A stretch of 64,000 nt of DNA from Amphiscolops sp. MND2022 (lineage: Eukaryota). Made by a program: the position numbers and the translations under genes. Under the pieces are notes generated by a model. That model was given only the letters and a program-made list of their open reading frames with translations. It ran no database searches and had not been told where the DNA came from. Positions 60,100 to 64,000 of this stretch are shown here, in pieces; within the stretch, counting starts at the first letter, position 1, and each line of letters starts with the position of its first letter. The DNA is taken from the NCBI GenBank assembly GCA_964187785.1, contig OZ076409.1, forward strand, positions 12,216,001-12,280,000, read 5' to 3'.

Positions 60100-60490
60100 G
60101 TATATTGCCCTAGTTTAATCGGGATCACGATTTACAATTGGAAGTTTGTGTACCAAAAATATTCTCACCATATTAATATGTTGGGGTATGATTGCTAAAT
60201 TACCTGCGTTTAGAATATCTGCACTTCTAGCAGTTGAATTGAAACAATAATACTTGATTAGTGTAGAGTAGAGAAGGAAGCCAAATATTACTTAAAACAC
60301 TAACTACGTGTTTCGATACTTGGTAGTTTCTTATCCCAAAGATAGATTTATGAACACTCCACCACATCTTGTCCAGAGATGTCAAATTTTGATGAAACCA
60401 TATAGTCATACAGTACGTTACACGTGGTTTCACATATGAATCAATATACGTACAGCGTAAAATGGATTTAATCCTTGCGTTATAAGTATA
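60100..60490 (-). mobile_element. Short decayed LINE 3' fragment
   Basis: YIDSYVKPRVTYCMTIW-like post-RT motif; boundaries approximate. Confidence 0.4.
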
Positions 60491-60979
60491 CTAGTTTCTT
60501 TCCAGAAATTAACAACCGAGGCAGAGATAATGCCTCTGAGAGATAACAACCATCGGACGGAGACACTATTTTGGAACAAGTACGTTATTGGGCGCAGAGG
60601 TGCTCAGTGCGGGACTCACAAAACTGCATTCAACGGAAGGAAACACTGCCACATTGCCAACCTGAAGTAACACGTTGCTTCGAGGAACTACGAGCTCACT
60701 TGTCTTTGTGCAAACGACATCATGATGATGGTGAGGATGAGTCCTTTCACTGCCTGCTGTGGGCATTTTAGTGTCCATAGAGGTACTCTGGCTTTGTTCT
60801 GACCGCTCTATAGTTTGTCTGATGCGCTTTTTCCGGAGCGCTTGTTCTTCTTGCAAATTCCATTCGTCTTTCTGATCCCCAGCTACTTCTGATTTGTTTT
60901 TTAATTCTGCTGCTATTTATAAACAGAATTCATACCTTTTTCTTGTAAATGTGACAAGAGGCAACTAGACTCCGAAACA

Positions 60980-61830
60980 GTTGTCGTGTGCTCCTCAGTT
61001 GTCAAAAAGAAATGTGAATGTAAAAATCTTGGAATAACGTTAGATCAACACTTGACTTTCCAAACCCAGGTCAAAAAGGTTTTAAAAAATGGCAGTTGGA
61101 ATAAAAACTATTGAATCTAAACAACACAAATTTCCCACTACAGTCTTTGTCATGCTTTTCCACGCGCTAATTGTCAGTCATTCCGAATACTCTGCGATTT
61201 TTTTCACTCAAAAATCCCCTCCTTAACTACTTTCTCTTGAGAAACAGATGAACTGGGCATTAAAATCCGCCTACTTCCGTTCGAGTTTTGAATCGTTGAG
61301 AGATCTGAGAGAGAGAAAAAAAATAATTGGAATAAAGCAACTTATCGAGTTGAAATCTCTAGTATTTCTGTTCCAATCACTCAAAAACTTTTGAAAACAG
61401 CCTTCCAGAGCACTTTCAAATTACCTACGGCGATTATTAGGTGTAACAATTGCACTAATCAGATAATATACGTGGGAAGTCATGTATCTTTCTTCAGTTC
61501 TTTCTTTCATCATTCTTCTTCGAAGTGGAACTCACTACCGTTGTACTTGAGAGACACTAGTATAAGTCTACACACATTCAAAAGTCGTCTCAGAAAGCAT
61601 CTAACTTTGGAAAGTAGTCGTTTGCCTGTCCATACATCTCATACTTGTCGATGATTTCCGCTTCACCTGGTTATCGCCCTGTAAAAATTGAAAAAATCAT
61701 TTATGCTTCAGCATAAATCAATGTATTAATGTACTTTTATTGTGTACTGGCATCAGCTATCCCTCTACAAAAATACAGTGTTTTCTCTCTATATATATAT
61801 ATACAAATATATTATATAATATATATAGCA
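60980..61830 (+). mobile_element. 5'-truncated CR1/L2-type LINE 3' end followed by a (TA)n-rich tract
   Basis: KNLGITLDQHLTF, FHALIVSH.EY, KWNSLPLYLR...FKSRLRKHL. Confidence 0.75.
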
Positions 61831-61850
61831 ATTAGCAATAATAATTCAAG

Positions 61851-64000
61851 ATGCAATTAAATGTCATCGGAGAGATCGACGCATGCAAGTGGTTCTGTGG
61901 TTGGTGTCTGGACAATGTGGATGAACGTTTTAAGTGTGTGTCTAACAATCTAGGAATGGAGAAGGACATCGAAGGTATACAAAGATTAGTAACCTCGTTT
62001 AATACCAATAAACCTTCTAATGCATTCAACGTTTCGGAAAAACCTCCCACAAATGTAAATGAAACTTGCACTGGTAATCGTAAATCTTTTGATGAACAAA
62101 CACTTTACGTTTCTGGTACAATTGATGATGATGTTCTTTTTTCTAGTGTTTTACAAAAACGGAGGCTGTATACTCATTTCCCCGGTATCAAACTGGATTT
62201 CACTTTTTCCAACAAGCTTGGGAAGATGGTACTATTGTTTAACAACAAAGACTGTTGCACTAGAGTGAAAAACAAATGGTGTTCGAATCTTCTCGGGACA
62301 GACACTAGAGGTTTTTCACCGAATGAAAGCCGATCACATAGGGGTATAATCCGAGATGTGCCGGTTGAAATTTCCACTGACGACATCAAGAATGATTTAG
62401 CTGGCGAAAAAGAGGAAGAAATTCAAGTGATCCGTTATATCAAAGGCGGAAAGGCCATACCTTTAGTGGAACTAATTTTCCAGAAAGAATGCACATTTAA
62501 CTAATATCTTCAAAATGGAATTACGGTAGAGTATATGTACTTCAAGATGGACCCAGAACGTAACACCAAACGGATTATTCAATGTTTCAACTGTCAACAA
62601 TGTGGAAGTCATGTATCCAAAACTTGTAAAACCCAATCGTGGTGTGCCATCTGTGGCTACGAGCATCCAACAAACCGTCATAAAGAATGACAAACCGTCA
62701 ATGTATGCAAGAAAAAACATGAACATACAAAAGATTTTATACCATCAAATGAAATCTATTGCGTGAATTGCGCAGGGATCACACAGCTTTTGAAAAAAAC
62801 TGCGAAATGTACCAGGAATTGTGGAAAAAGTTGAACAGAGTCAACTCGTGATGAAACAATTTCTCTTAGCCATGACTATAAACATTGCTGGACTCTCCGC
62901 TCACTCGTGTATTGCTTTGGATGAATATAAAAACGACAACAACATAAAAGTTTTACCGATCTCTTAGAGTCAAGGAAAATTTCAGGGTTTTGGGAACTAC
63001 GACATCTACCGCGCCCATTCAAACAAACTTGGTTGCTCCTGGCTCATACACAAACAATTAAATTCCTATGGAGTGAAAATAACACCCAGAAAAGGCGTTG
63101 ATTGCTGTTTTGCAGCAATCTCTATTGAAATAAGAAAACTTTTGCTGGGATCAATATACGTACATTTGGGAAACACTGAAAACATCGAAAGCGCCACAGA
63201 TGTTCTGACTGAAGTGTATACGTTAAGCAAAAATGAAAATATAACCGGACCAATTATCTTCGGGGATCGGAATTCGAGGCATCCACTATGGGGCGATACA
63301 TTAGAAAATAAATATGGTTAATTAATCGCCGACTACTGTGCCGACAATAGTGTTTTCATAATAAACCCTCACTATCCCACTTTTGTCTCAGCAAGCAAGA
63401 AAGGTAGCAGCATAATCGATTTTTGCATCACTGAACAAAAGTGCTCTGATCTGGTACGCAATGCACGAGTGATCGAAGATACCGAATTCTTCTCTGGTGC
63501 TCCAGAGCAAAGTCATTGGCCTGTTCTTTTTGATACATATATTCCTGTGAAATTTGATAATCCTAAACGGTGTGTGCTATGGCAAATTGGGAAAAAATAA
63601 GAATACAACTGGAAATCTTTATGGTGGAAAACAAGGATAGCATGATAACGGAAGCACCTACGAAAGCTCTCCTAATATTTATGGGCCTAGTGAGAGGAGT
63701 TTGTGAAAATTCGATTCCACGGTAAACACTTTGTAAATACTCCAAACCATACTGGAGCAATAAATTGACTCACTTATCGAAAAAATTGAAGTTGCACGCA
63801 AAAAATATAGACTCCAATGTAACCCGAAAAACAAGAACATTGTTGAAATGGCTAAAATCGAATTCAAGAAGAAAATGAGAAAGAATAAGATCCGTTGGAC
63901 GCAAAATGACATCATGGAAATGAATGAGGGAAACTCTAAAACATTTTTTGATATTATCCGCAAATTCAATGGTTAAATGGACTTAAATAACATAGGAGTA
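61851..64000 (+). mobile_element. Decayed LINE (I/Jockey-like): gag-like ORF1 with CCHC knuckles and 5' part of ORF2 (APE endonuclease); runs off the window
   Basis: GIIRDVPVEI, QCFNCQQCGSHVSKTC..CAICGYEH, CVNCAG; ORF2 from ~62851 with INIAGL, IFGDRNSRHPLWG, SIIDFC, SHWPV. Confidence 0.85.

Overview
AT-rich, repeat-dense DNA from an invertebrate-type eukaryote; the species cannot be identified from the sequence. Four host genes lie on the minus strand: a ~14-exon PHF14-like PHD/ePHD gene (30572 to 3318, ~2250 aa, with a very long low-complexity C-terminus), a small NDUFB1-like gene, a two-exon TRMT5 and a single-coding-exon STOML1. Introns and intergenic DNA are packed with non-autonomous Helentron-type elements (at least four families), MULE/hAT/Tc1/piggyBac-type MITEs and decayed LINEs. 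46685-58705 is a decayed Polinton/Maverick-like element with ~1.2 kb inverted arms. It encodes pPolB, two A32-like ATPases, a minor capsid protein and an adenain protease, but no visible integrase or major capsid; a 200-N assembly gap lies inside it. The most unusual signal is a set of 15-18 bp GC-rich double mini-hairpin insertions in its genes. They preserve the reading frame, several have 3-bp target duplications, and one filled/empty site pair is visible in the window. Exon boundaries and family assignments were made by eye, without database searches.
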